Source of the DNA: Takakia lepidozioides
Taxonomy: Eukaryota > Plantae > Bryophyta
Length of the DNA: 64,000 nucleotides
NCBI GenBank assembly: GCA_030704615.1
Contig: CM060731.1
Location: forward strand, 90,210,001 to 90,274,000
Direction: 5' to 3'
Below, in pieces: positions 38,031 to 51,549 of the stretch. A program made the translations under genes and the position numbers. Under the pieces are notes generated by a model that was given only the letters and a program-made list of their open reading frames with translations, was not told where the DNA came from and searched no databases. The stretch's first letter is position 1. Every line of letters starts with the position of its first letter.

Positions 38031-38946
38031 TGTTAGAGGGCTGCTTGGGACTTAGACGCTTTTACGGGTTCTTTGGGGTACCCTTAATTTTTGCGCAAAC
38101 TGAGACCAACAGGAGCCTTAGGGGTGGCAGCAGCAGGCTTTAGGGGGGTTACACAGCCCGACACAGCTTTACACAGCCCCGCACAGCCCATCACAGCCCG
38201 GCACAGCCAGTCACAGCCCGCCACAACTTCGCACAGCCGACACAGCCAATCACAGCCCGACACAGCCTTACACAGCCAGTCACAGCTCGGCACAGCTTGA
38301 CACAGCCAGTCACAGTACATGGGGAACAGTTATCATTGGAAGAGAACGACTGTGAGGGAACGATATCTGCAGAAGGAACGTGTTACTTCAGGGATGACGG
38401 TTAATTAGTTAGGTGGTTAGAACAGCTTGCGGGCAGATAAGGAGAGCGGCAACGGAAAGAAGGACACTTCACGGGGAGCGCTTCTGGGTCATGTATGAGA
38501 GGAGATCAGGCGGAGAGAAGAAGGAGAGCACGGAGAAAGAGGAGAGATGAACAATAGATGCTTGTTACATGCAAAGCTGTAGTGAAACTGTAGGGCAGAT
38601 TAGAGTCACCATGGCATTGGCCTGATACCTGATAAATCATAATCTGATACTTATTCGATACAAACACACTGTGTAGAGAGACATGAGTGAAGCTGTGGAA
38701 TGAATGCATGATTAACTGGAACTTAATAGATACTGAAGCAATCTGATGCTTCAGTATACACGGTAAGGTAAATTGATAACATGAAGGCGAGAAGGAATAC
38801 AAATAGGAAGCACAACCATGATTCACTAGCTGCAGGTCATGACTGATTGTTCTGAGCGGGCTAAGTGCTTAGAGATATCCAACTCTTCTATCTTGGAGTT
38901 TCCACCTCGGATAGCGAAGGGATGGGTGAGTAAAAGCCGCTTGACA
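38031..38946 (+). mobile_element. 5' LTR (916 bp, TG..CA) of a Ty3/Gypsy element
   Basis: TGTTAGAG..TTGACA with an internal CACAGCC array at 38151-38315. Homologous in inverse orientation to 54018-55003. Followed by a PBS. Confidence 0.9.
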
Positions 38947-40049
38947 TTTGGCGACCATACTGGGGAACTGGGTCATGAACAACCAGATGTGACAGGCATC
39001 TGGTGGGATCATGGTGGTTGGAGAATTAAAGAATTTGATGTGAATCAAATTCCCTGTGAAACTGAGAAGGAAAGATTGTCCAAACAATTCTTTCAGAGGT
39101 TCTTGGAATTGCCAGACGGTTGTAAAGAAAACATTCTTAAGAGAGTGCATGATACCGACCCTGAGTGGGGTCTGGAGAAAGGAGTGATAAAGATTTATCG
39201 GGTGGCCTGTAGAGGAAGAGCACGTTGGTTACCAACACTGGTTTATGTGGTAGCATTGCTATCCATTAAGCAAGTAGAGTTTGAAGGTTGGGAGGAAATG
39301 AAGGTGAATGTTTATACTCATATGCATGAGGAGCTTGTACTGGTAAAGAATTGGATTCCAAAGGATGTTCTGTGGATCAAACTCACACCAAGAACAGCTT
39401 TCCAGACTTGTTTGTCATATGGTTATATGGTAACGGAGACTTCTAGTATAGCCAAGGGTGCATTGAAGCTTGAAAGAAACCCAGGCATATACGAGAGATA
39501 CTACAGAAGAGAGTTTTGGTTATTGTCACATTAAAGAAATGAAATACATGGGACATGAGTGATGAAAGAGAAGCTAGACTCCAGAGATATTCAGCAAAAA
39601 GAGAAAGTTATCTGAAAGTTAATTATCCATATCTTTGGGAGAGAGGAATAGACATAGGGGAATCATCTGGACCTCTCACACCATTAAGATCAGAGACTAC
39701 ATCACCCATACCGGAAGAACTAGAGTTGGATGCCACTCCTTCTTTTTCTTTGCAAGAAAGATTAAGGGAATTGGTACAGGAAGAAGATCAACCACGAGGT
39801 GAAAGATCTGAGGTACATCCTTGGATAAAAGATTTGACAGAAATCTTTGATAAGAGTTGGCATGGAACACCAAAAGCAGGAACTCCAGTTTCTGAGACGG
39901 AAGACGAAGAAGGAGGAGAGGATGTGGCAGAGCCAATGGAGAGTTCAGACTCTCCAACACCATTGCAGTTGAGTTACATGAGTGAAGAAGAAACCCAACG
40001 ACGCAATGGCGTGAGCGTTGCGCGTGAGCGTACACTCACGCAGGAGTGA
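38839..40049 (+). CDS. Two retroelement 5' internal ORFs (38839-39534 unknown; 39555-40049 possible gag N-terminus, truncated)
   Basis: Open frames of 231 and 164 aa at and after the LTR/PBS. No recognisable motif. The sequence switches to MULE-type motifs at ~40010. Confidence 0.45.
38949..38966 (+). promoter_or_regulatory. Primer-binding site TGGCGACCATACTGGGGA (tRNA-Arg-like by inference)
   Basis: Lies 2 nt after the LTR end, begins TGG, and resembles Tat/Ogre-type PBSs. Confidence 0.75.
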
Positions 40050-40607
40050 CGTGGCGTGAGCCTGCACACACGCTGACGTGGCGTGAGCGTCATGTCAGCA
40101 TGCTGATGTGGCGGTAAATGATGATGTGGCACTGTCCGTCATCTGCCACGTCAGCATTAACATGCGCCGCCTATAACCGTGGATGGTCCTCTGACCGTGG
40201 AATTAATGCAGGGAATCTTGCCTAAATAGAATCAAGATGAGCGTTGAGGCCTACAATTGCAGCATCCAACATTGTGCAATTACAAATGCTTGTTTCACTT
40301 TTACAATTACGAGGACGACAAAATATCCTCACAAAATGTGCGCCATAAAGGCTGCCACGGGAAGACCTTCCTCCCTCCTCAAATAACAATGAGAGTTAGG
40401 ATCATCTTCAAAAGATGATTGTAGTGCATAGCGACAGCAAGACATGTAGACTTCGAACGGTGCAATGACAAATGTGCACTACCTAAAAGTTGTCACTCAG
40501 AGCTCACTCCGTATAGTTGGAGACCATATCATTGCACAGCCGATGAATTGATGTGAATTACACATTTCAAATCATGGTCATCCACATACCACATTACATA
40601 GTTCATG

Positions 40608-42650
40608 CTACCTATGTGTTGTATCCCGCTGCAAAAGAGTATCGACCTCGTTGAAACTCATAGTGGCCTGGTGAATGAAGTTGTCACGTTTGGGATCGCA
40701 AACCATCCTCCTCAAAAATATGAAATACAAATGTTTGCAGGGTATGAATTTACCTCTCTTGCCCAAACTAGTTGATAGCATATTCACAAAATCAGGACAT
40801 GTGCAATTGGGGAAATTGGAAACCGTGATGTCGTAGGTCCTGTCATGAACAGCAGATGTGGAAGTGATGATTGTGAATACCCGACCATATCCTGGATCGG
40901 GTACTTCCGTGGTGCTTCCAACACGAGCTTGGAGCATTCTTGCGGACTCCACTTTGCCAAAGTGTTCAGCGGTTGGAGGGAAACGCCGAACGAGCTTTCC
41001 ATCTCGTTTGGTTGGCCACAAGTCAGAATTTGCCGGGGGGACCCGGGAGGACGCAGAAGTAGTAGCACATGCATGGGGTTGGGGTTGTCTCGCAAGGGAA
41101 AAACCTGCCTCCTCCAACATTTCAATCTCTTGAAAGCTGAGATGTGTTCCCACCTTCACGGGCCAAACGGTTGGAGGAGATGGCTTCATCACCACGGAAG
41201 GACGCACAGTTCCATGCACACATCTGGCACAATCATCTGCGCAGAACCAGAACTTGTGGTTCTTGGCTTCTGGTTGACCGTATGGATGCATCAAGCCCGT
41301 GAAAGTCGGAGCAGGAGTTCGGGCACCACCTCTGGATATAGATGAAGTGCACTTCTCGAAATTAGTTGCCCTGATCGCTGTACATTTCACACGAGACCCT
41401 ACACTTGTGCGTTCTATGTGCCAAACGTGGTCGGGGCATGCGGACTCAAGCACATCAAGGGGGTTGTTTCTCTCCTACACCATTTCAGTGGCACTGTTTG
41501 ATGCTGGAGCTTGCCGTCGTGTTGGAGGTTCCTCCACAATGGAGGTTCCGGACATGGAGCTGTCATGCAGGGGAACACGAGGCTTCGAGAAGTTATCACG
41601 GTCTGCCTTGTGGGAATCTGAATCCGAACCAGGTGGAGTGTTCAATTTCCTCTTACAGGAGCCGAACCTCTCCTCCCCTTCAAGATGTGGAACTCTAGAA
41701 ACAAGTGGCGTTCCCTGGGCATACATGCTCACCGCCCGTGCTATCTTGATTGGATCCCCAGATCTGTTTGCAGCACGCAACATCAACTCCCATTTGTCCG
41801 GACCCTTGCCACCAACCCCACCTCGTAAGAAATCACAGTATCGGGTTTGTTGTTGCAAGGCACGTATCAAATCATCTGTTGTTGCCACATACAAATCCCG
41901 ACCTCGTTTCCCAGACTGTTGCAACCATGCATTGTGCACAGTTTCTGCCAAATTGCAAGATGGCATGTCCGCCATTTCCTCAATGGACATGTTCTGCAAA
42001 GAGGATAACCACACTTCAGAACAGTGCACAGGAAACAACATAAAGAAAGCAATGAGTCAAAAATATGGAAAGCAAATGTATGAATAAAACATGAAATAGA
42101 AGCCTCGTACCATTGTCATGGCTGCTCCCCACTGTCTATACCGGAAGTGCCAAAACGCCAGCCAATCTTCCAATGCTCTCATACTCTCAAGTGATGCAGC
42201 TCCAGAAGAGAACCACCAGGCACGAATTGTCTGGAACAAAGTGTCCGCCTCCTTCATTGTTCTAGCATCTTTGTACTCTTTGCACAATTTACGGTGCTGA
42301 GTCTGCATCTCTGGTTTGATGTCCGACTTTGTATGTTTTTCCAGAGATTGTGTCCAATGGAATAGACATGTACGCTTTCTTCCTGGCATAGGCACTTTTG
42401 GGTCGCCCGATCCGAAGACAATACGAACAGCATTGAAATTTGCTTGAGCACTATCCGCCATGAAACCTGCAAAATTTGGAGATGGCAGCCCATGACACGT
42501 ATCAGGGAATTCCACATGAGCTTCTGGGATTCCGTATCCTCGGATTGCATGTCACAAACTGCAATTGTCATAACTCGTTGGTACACTGGATCGTAGACAT
42601 GACAAGCCATTGTCGTCCAATCCTTCACTCGTTTCACATGATCAAACATA
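40608..42650 (-). pseudogene. MULE transposase paralogue B, 5'-truncated, frameshifted near 42490, stop at 41475
   Basis: MFDHVKRVKDWTTMACHVYD..GFMADSAQANF..TCLFHW..|intron 42110-41994|..SCNLAETVH..CTCPDF..PCKHLYFIF. Same intron position as element A. TGACGTGGC-rich subterminal DNA at 40010-40160. Confidence 0.88.
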
Positions 42651-42659
42651 AGAAAACAG

Positions 42660-45600
42660 TTTTTCTTGTTCTTGTTTCTTGGAGGGAACCACCTGCATGT
42701 AATTCTCACTCCTGATTGGCTGTGGACTGCTTAGATAATTCCTTAATTCCACCCCCCTCCATGGACATTTCCACCTGGAATGTCCAGTAGGACAACACAT
42801 GTGGCATAGGTTTCCCTTTTCTGAACTCGAAAAGGGTTCCGTTACCCTGGCACTGAATGCATTAATGGGCCCACAATTAGTATTAGTTGCTGTACCGGGT
42901 AGGTACTTTGACGGCCCGATTTGTCCTCTTGCATGACGAAACTCACTTTTGCAATCGATGCAGCGCGGTGTGCTTCGCCTAAGCCGCCACGTGTCCGTTT
43001 CTAAACATGCCCCCGTCTTCCCCTCTCCGCGTGGCACATTCTCCAAGTTTGACTTCCAAACTTTTTCTTCACTTGATGGCCACTTTTCTAACGTTAATTC
43101 GCGTCCACCTGTCACTGACCCTATGGACTGTGTAATCTGTATGGGCTGTGTTGGGCTATGATAGGATGTGTGGCACTGTGATGGGCTGTGATAGGTTGTG
43201 TCATGCTGTGATGGGCTGTGATAGGTATGCGAACACCTGTAGTTCCCGCCCTGGTCATATATGCTTGGCTTAGCGACAAGTGCTCCATACTCCGTTGGTA
43301 TCACTGGCGCAGCCCGTGATTGCTTTTGCGTTTCAACATGCAAATCGTGCTGCAATGGTTTGTCATGGATACCACTGTATCCCTTCAACTTATTGGCATT
43401 GACTCTTCCCAGCATCTCTTTGTTAATGGTTTGTAACATGGCTGTGTTGTTATCATACATCTTCTGTATGACATAAGGTCCCTTCCATGGTGATTTTAGC
43501 TTAGAAGCTTTAATCTTCCCCTTCTTCTGCAACCAGAGAACCAAATCTCTCGTCTTAAAAGTCTTTAATTTGCCTTCATCAAACTGTTCCTTCCTCTTCA
43601 TCTGAATTCTGGTCATGTTATCAGCTGCATCAGCACGTACTTCTTCCACATGGTATAATTCATGTTTCCTGACCTTAATTGAATCTTCCAATTCCATTCT
43701 CTTTCCCCATTCAGTTTTTATGGTAGGTAACAAGAATTCCACTGGAAGTAAAGCTTCCATACCATAAACTAATTGGAATGGTGTATACTTAGTGGTGACT
43801 TTATATGAAGTCCTGTATGACCACAAAGCTGTCAGCAGCTTTGTATCCCAATCCGTTTTGTTTGCATTGACTATCTTAGCCAAGATAGTACATAGTATTT
43901 TGTTGGTAGCCTCTGCCTGCCCATTACCCTGTGGGTAATACGTTGTACTTTTCCTATGCACAATCATGAACTCTTTAGTCAATAGTTCAATGGTCTCATT
44001 AATGAAGTGACTTCCCTGGTCACTGATAAATTCCAAGGGACAGCCAAATCGTGTAAGTATGTTCTCATACAGGAACCTTGCTGTGGACTTGGCTGTGTTG
44101 TCCCTCAGAGCTTTAGATTCCACCCACTTCGTAGTATAATCAGTGGCTGTAATTATGTACTTGTTCTGTGTATTCTTGGCCGGTGGGTTAATTGGTCCAA
44201 CAAAGTCTAGTCCCCATTTCTGAAATGGTTCAGTAGGCATCGTAGGATGCAAAGCCATCTTCCCAGATCTCTGCAAAAGTCCTAGCCTCTGACATTTATC
44301 ACAACTCTGACAATACTTGTGTACATCTTTGTATAAAGTAGGCCACCAGTAACCTGCAAGTAGTATCTTCCTACTGGTAATCTCTTCTCCAAAATGACCT
44401 CCAGCCACTCCTTTATGAACTTCCTCCAAAACTTTATTTACTTCATGGTGGTACAAGCATCGTTTAAGTACTCCATCAGGTCCTAGCTTATACATTCTGC
44501 CCCTACCATAGTATAAGGTAAAGCCTTGATAGCGATTCTCTTCCTCTGCTCCTTACCATAACTAGGTGGGCATTGACCATGAGTAAGGTAGTATCTGATT
44601 GGCCACTGCCAATCTAACCATTCATCTGCACTTCCTTGCACCTCCATTGCAAATAAACTCGCATCAGGTAATTGGTCGTCTACTCCTGTGGCGGGCTCTC
44701 CTGTTGTTAGGCGTGACAAATGATCTGCCACAAGATGCAAACGGTCAAGCTTGTAAACAACTTCAAACTCAAACTCGTGCAAGATTATTAACCACCTTGC
44801 TATCCTTCCACTTATCAAAGGTTTGTTCACCAGATATATCAGAGCCTGGTGATCCACATAAAACATAAACTTTCTTCCCAATAGGTAATGCCTGAATTTC
44901 TTGACTGCATAAATCATTGCCAATGCTTCTCTTTCAGTTGTGCTATAGTTCCTTTTAGCGCTGTTCATCAACCTGCTAGCATAGTACACAGGTGAATCTA
45001 TATTTCCTGTAACATTTTGGGCTAACACTGCTCCCAACGCTTCTCCTGAGGCACACAGTGAACATGAAATACAACATGCCAGTGAGGGTTAATCAGCACA
45101 GGTGTAGTTGTTACTGACAATGTAAGTTCCTCAAAAGCCTCTTGACATTCAGCTGTCCATGCAAACACTGCATCTTTATTCAGAAGCTTGCTCAATGGTG
45201 CTGCTATCTGTGCATACCTTTTGACAAATCTTCTGTAATAACTGGTTTGTCCAAGGAATCTCCTTAGACTCTTAACATTTACTGGTGGTGGAGAGGCTTT
45301 AATGGCTTTTGTCTTCCTGGGATCCACAAGAAGTCCCCTCTTACACACAATGTGTCCCAAAAGCACCCCTGAGTTCACACAGAAAGTACACTTCTCTGGA
45401 TTCAGGCCCACACCTCTCATCCTGCATCTGGCCAAACATAACTCCAATTTATGCAAGTGCTCATTCTTAGAGCTATACACACTGAAATCATCCAAGAACA
45501 CCTGCATGAAATCATCCAGATACTCATGAAAAGATTCACTTATCACTTTCTGAAAGGTTGCTGGTGCATTACAAAGTCCAAAAGGCATGATTTTGTATGC

Positions 45601-47395
45601 ATAAGCACCCCAGTCTGTGATGAAAGCTGTCTTTCCCTGGTCTTCTTCTGCCACTTGCACTTGATTATAACCACTGAAGCCATCCATGAATGAGTACATC
45701 TCATGGCCTGCCACAGTGTCCAACACTGCTTCTGTGAATGGCAAAGGGAAAGGATCTTTCTTCGTGCAAGCATTCAACTTCTTATAGTTCACACAAACTC
45801 TCAGTTTACCATTCTTCTTGGGAACTATCACAATGGGTGACAACCAAGTTGTATACTCTATCGGGTATATAAACTTGGCCTCAGCCAACTTCTTGATCTC
45901 TTCTCCAACCTTCTGTGCATAGTTGGGATTCATTCTGCACCTTGCCTGTTTGATTGGTACTGACCCTGGTTCTAGTTCAATCTTATGCTGACAGATCTCA
46001 GGTTTTATCCCTTTTAGATCCTCGTAGCTCCAAGCAAATACATCTCTGTATTTGATGAACAAACTCTTAGCTTCCTCAAAGAATTCTGGCTCCAAATCAG
46101 CCCCTACCTTCACCATCCTCGGTTCCTCTTCAGTTCCCACATTCACTTCTCTCACCTGCTCATCAGCTGTGATTGTCCAACCAGTCACCACTTCATCCTG
46201 TAAACTCACAGTGGCTGGTTCCTCTAGGTTTTCCATTTCTTCTTCTCTTTCTTCATAGAAATGTGGTGGGTAACTGCTTGTTTCACCTTCAATTGGTGTT
46301 GTTGTCACTACACCACAACAGATACCTTTTAAACAACTTTGGCCTTCCAGCTGCATCTCTGCAACCTGCTTCCACTCTGGGTGTGCAGTGAACAGGGTAG
46401 CTTCCTGCTCCTCATCCAGTCCTCCCCTCCAGTCATACTCCCTGACCCCTCGAGGTCTTCTCGTAGCAGATAATCTACTAGATTTTTTTAGTGGTAATTT
46501 GTATCTTGTGCATCCCATCATGCACAGTTAGTAACTGGGAATTCCAGTCATGGAATACCCTGGCCTGTTTCAGCCACGGACGTCCCAACAATAAGGAGTA
46601 AGCTTCCATGACTTCATCCATTTTTAACACAGTTACTGTGATCATAAAGATCATCTTTTGAATCTGTATCTTAACTCCTCTTATCAATCCCAGTGGCTGT
46701 ACACTTCTTTGATCTGCCATTGTTACTGTAAATGGGGCTGGCTTCATGTTACTTAGACCAAGCTTCTGCCTTAATTGGTCTGTCATGATGTTCACTCCAG
46801 AGCCTCCATCTATCAGTACATCAATTAGTTCCGTGCTTCCAATTCTCAATTGGATTACTGGCATAGAATCATCAAAGTCCATGACTGTTTCTCGCCCTTC
46901 CGGCTTCACATTATAACTGGTCACCTTGCTGTTCAGGTCTATGTTCCCTGTCACATGGGCAATTCGATTGATTGCTTGATACAGTCTGTGTCTACAATAA
47001 GGTGCCACAGCCAATAGCTGTCCAATGGTAATCTCCGCTTTGGACTGGCATATTACTTCAGCCAAAGTCCCTTCTGCAGCTTCTTTCTTCCCTTCATCCT
47101 CACTCACTTCCTCTTCTCTTTCATAATCAGAGGAATCTGCCATAGGAATATCAGTACTCTTCTGCATTTCCTTTATGGTATCTGCCACTTCCTTGTGCAG
47201 TTCCTTCTCATCTCTCCAAGCCTCCTCATCTTCAGGCACATCACTGCCATCTTCATTATTATCATCTTCCTCATCTACTGGAGGTATTAGTTTGGCTTTG
47301 CTTCTCGTTACTATCATTGTACTTACTTCTGGTACAACACATGGCCTAACCATGTGAGCTGCCACCACTGGCCCCTCATTCACAGGAGCTCTCAT
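42660..47395 (-). mobile_element. Ty3/Gypsy (non-chromovirus) gag end and pol: protease, RT, RNase H, integrase; three frameshifts
   Basis: VLIDGGSGVNI; FMDGFSGYNQ..MPFGLCNAPATFQ..VFLDDF; YSTTEREALAM..VDHQAL; H..GGHF..CDKCQ, WGLDFVGP, ISDQGSHF, NGQAEATNK, WKGPY. Confidence 0.95.
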
Positions 47396-47659
47396 CTCAT
47401 TCTGGTGTCTGATCCAGAATGGACAGGCTGCCTTGCGATGGCCTGCCTGATTACAATAGTAACACAGTTCTTCCCCATTAGGTCCTCGCCCTCGTCCAGG
47501 AAACGCAGTTCCGGGAGAAGGTCTACTAACCCTAGAGCAGACAAAGATTCAAGCAGATGTGAAGGGGAAGAGGAAAGCTGCAGAAGGGGATCCAAACTCA
47601 AAACCTAAGAAGGCGCCAGTAAGTGTTCTCTACCTTCAATTTCCTGTTTACAGTTTTGC

Positions 47660-48260
47660 GAAGAGTGTGAGTGAAGTGCACAAGAAGTTTGTGACAGTAG
47701 CAGTTTGTGACTGGCGCTACCGCCATTCACTGTTCATCGGACACAATCAGTCTGATTTCCTTTCAAGCATTCTTTCTCTTTCATTTTGTAGCAGGAACTC
47801 TTGATTGTTGGCAACGAAGAGTGTGAGTGAAGTGCACAAGAAAGTGATGGTCGGTATCGACCATCAGAATGAAGTCATGTTGATTTGCAATGTACCCCTC
47901 TAATTATGGTTTTCCACAGCAGTATTTTGTGACTGGCAGTACCGCCATTCACTATTCATCGGACACAGTCAGTCTGATTTCCTTTCAGGCATTCTTTCTC
48001 TTTCATTCTGTAGCAGGAACTCCTGATTGTTGGCAACGAAGAGTGTGAGTGAAGTGCACAAGAAAGTGATGGTCGGTACCGACCATCAGAATGAAGTCAT
48101 GTTGATTTGCAATGTACCCCTCTGTTTATGGTTTTCCATAGCAGCCGTTTGTGACTGGCAGTACCGCCATTCACTGTTCTTCAGACACAGTTAGTCTGAT
48201 TTCCTTTCAAGCATTCTTTCTCTTTCATTCTGTAGCAGGAACTCCTGATTGTTGGCAATG
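47660..48260. repeat. ~220-bp tandem repeat, three copies (first shortened)
   Basis: GAAGAGTGTGAGTGAAGTGCACAAGAA at ~47660, 47817 and 48038, with shared downstream blocks. Confidence 0.85.
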
Positions 48261-50602
48261 ACATTCTCTTTCTTTTCAAAACTCTCATTCTGATACGACA
48301 AAAAGTGAGTGTCGTTGCCGACAGGAAGTATGATCCAGTATCGACTTACACCAAACGCAATGCTTTCCATTCTAGTGTAGAGTGAGTGTCGTTAACACCA
48401 TTCGATTCTCCTCATGAGCTTCCTGAATCTGTATGCTTTGAGAGAGAGTGATGGTCGGCATATTCAGTCCTTTTGTCTTGCATTGCATTTTCTCTATCCA
48501 GATTAAACAGATTAGAGAAGGGGAATGGCGGTACTGCCAATCATTTTTTGTGAGACCATACCGTAGCTTCATGTAGAGTATCGATTGCAAAGTACATTCC
48601 TAACAGACAAGAAATAGTGATAGTTTGTGAAGATCATCACAATGGAGTCTCTCTGACTTATGTGCACTCACTTTCTGCCCTGAACTAAAGTGAGTGTTGG
48701 TGCCGCCAATCACTAAGAAATATACATCCTTGCACCAAACCGATCTTGTATGTCCTTCAAATGTAATGTTTTGTACCAGGTGCGCCCAACATCCTTTCTT
48801 TTGTGTCCAATGTCCATAGATAAACACAGATGGCAGTTTCTGCGCTCCTCCGTATTCTTCCGTCACTGAGTGCAGCAATCGCGTTTGTAGTTCAGTTATA
48901 ACTGCTGCCCCCCATACATTCTTCCCTTCACTGCACGTGGTGCTCATGCTTGACGTTTCATGGGTATGTTCTCCAGTGCTCGTCGTGTATGTTCTACTTT
49001 CGCCATTTGCCGTTGCATTTCCGCTTGTGAGATTTTGCCCTACTTGCCTTCTCGTTCTTCCCTTGTGTAATTAGGCTCTTCACCAGTCTGAAAATAATAC
49101 CCTTCTGCCTTCAAATGCACCTTTTCTTTACATCTTTCGGATCGTGTTTGAACCATGTTGATTCGGGACAGGTCTCTCTCCTCATTCACCATATGTTGCA
49201 GCTCCTTGCCAACCAGCATCCCTCGGCAGATATTCCATGCTGCCATCATGTTGCTCCACTTACTCGTATCTTTAGTTGTAGTGACAGTTGCTTGGTTCGC
49301 CGTTGTGTTTGCAGCCCAAAGGTCATCCCACACCTGCTCAGCTGCTCTTCTACTTACTGGGTACCCCTGTTCCCTTCTTGTGATCTCTAGCATATCCCAA
49401 TTAGCAGTTTGTGACCTCCTTGTGCCTCCCTTCCTTTTGCACTTGCACCGTATTACCCTCCTTTCACATACAAGGACTATAGTTTCCTTCCCTTGCTTGT
49501 GTAATTTCTGATTTCTTCAAAAGAAAATTGTTTCATTGCCCCTAAGCAACTCACTGTATCAGGCCTATTCTCCTCCTTATCATCCCTCGCCTTTTGGAAA
49601 ATTCCAGCCATAATTGAAGGGCAATTGGTTGCTGTACTTAACTGCACAAATGTTCCCCTTTCCGTTGGAATGAGCTGCACGTCCTTTCCATGCTGACGTA
49701 CCCTTTCTTCTTCCTGCAGGATCCTTTGCCCAACCCTGTTATTTCTATCATTTGTGCCATCCTCTTGGCATTTCCACATCCTCCCCTCATTGCCAGTGAA
49801 GTGTTTCCTTCTCTTCCCTTTGTCTTTAAAGACACTCCAACTCTTAGCTGCAGTACCCTTCGCTGATTTCTTATTGCCTTTGACCTCATGTATGTTTTCA
49901 ATCATGTTTGAAGGGTGATCACTTGTTGCCATATGCAAGACTGTGTCCTTGACTGCTTCTCTTGTCTCAGTATGATGTTTAATTGTTGTCATGTCAGGCC
50001 GTGCTCAGCTGCACCGTGGTGTCTTCGTGGTGGTTTGGAGTGACTTTGCAGGTACTGCCGATGTGGCAGCAGGAAAGTACCCAAAAACAGATAACAGAGA
50101 TGAAGATAAGCTTTGGAATGAACACTTTTCTGACATGCAATTCAGAGTTGGAACTACTGTAATAAGTAGGGTTTGGGGTGTTTACTGAAAGAACTTCACG
50201 CCGTGAGTGTCAGCTGCTAACAGCAAGGCTGAGGATGTATTCATGATTTGTACACAGGCAGGGATAGCTGAAGACCAGGGATAGAGGTCCAGATTCATCC
50301 AAGAGGGCCGGATTTCACACACAAGATTACGTCTGATTCCCTGTGGATCATTAGCTAAATCTGCCTGGGTAGATGGTCAACTGGAAACAGCAGCGGCAGC
50401 AACGGTTGTAGAGCAAGGACTACTGATAAAGGTATCTTCTTCAACACATTTGTGGTGAGGGCACCTTCTTCTTTGACCTATTTCAGCCTGTTTTTCCCTC
50501 TCATCATACTCATTAGCTCATTGGGATGATCTATGGTGGTTTGGAGTGACTTTGCAAGTTACTGCCGAGGTGGCAGCAGGAAAGTACACAAAAACAGATA
50601 AC

Positions 50603-51549
50603 AGATTGTACTCATAAGACGTTGTTTGCCGTAACCTTGTGGCCATTGACCCCGCGCACAGTTTGAGCGGGAACAAAAGGGATAGAACCTACCTCTGTCA
50701 GGGGCTGCTGTGTGTGATTTGCCCAAAAACTAGGCCTCAGGAGGGCCTGGGCTTTTGGCTCAGCCTCAAGACTTTCAAAGTTGGTAAACAGGGGTACAGG
50801 CACAATTCCCTTGATAGATTTGAAGAGAGCGTCTCTTTGGTGAGAGAACCCCGGACAGTGTATCAGAAAATGAATATTGTCTTCAGATTGCCCACACAAT
50901 GGGAAGTGCACTCCCCCTTTCCTCTCTGCTTCTGTTTGCTGTTCAAAGGTAGGCTTCCTTCCCTGAGTTTAAATTTCAGTCTAGTGCCGAGAGTGGGTGG
51001 ACCCTTGAGGTCATCCAAGATGTCCTCCCCCATGTCACTGACTAGAAACAAGTTCAGGGATGTTTTCTGCCTAACTTCATTTTCATCAGACAATCTCATG
51101 GCAACAGACTTGGCTTTGGACACTACAGCCTCTAAGTCGGATTTATCCAGCAGGGTCAAGACTTGCGGATCCGGGTCCAGGTCCTTGAGAATCTCTTCTA
51201 CTCTGGTGTTGGGAAAACACCTTTTGATCTCAGTCCAAACCAGGAAGTGGTCAGAGGTACCAATATCAGTTCTGTCGATCAACACATTGGCACACTGGGG
51301 GAACAAATTTTTGTCCATTATGATATAGTCCACAATGGAACGTTCCCCAGTTTGGGATTTCTCACGAGTCCACTGCACTTGGTCACCTCTTGTCTTGTTA
51401 TTCAAGGTCAAAAGCTGAAGCTCTTCCAGACAGTTAATTAACCGTCTGCCATTAGAATTCAGCTCGTCCTCACCAGAAGACCCAATGATATCGTCCTGAT
51501 GGAGCCCTTTGCCCACTTGGGCATTGAAGTCACCCTGCAATAGCACCAC
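50603..51549 (-). mobile_element. LINE copy 3, 5'-truncated and internally deleted (APE fused to the post-RT region)
   Basis: GDFNA..SDHFLVWTEIKRCFPNT|RVEEILKDL, with the same 3' end as copy 1. Inserted at ACAGA(GA). Confidence 0.9.

Noticed and set aside
36226-38143. 300-370 aa repetitive ORFs
   Set aside because: They are translations of the 96-bp array.
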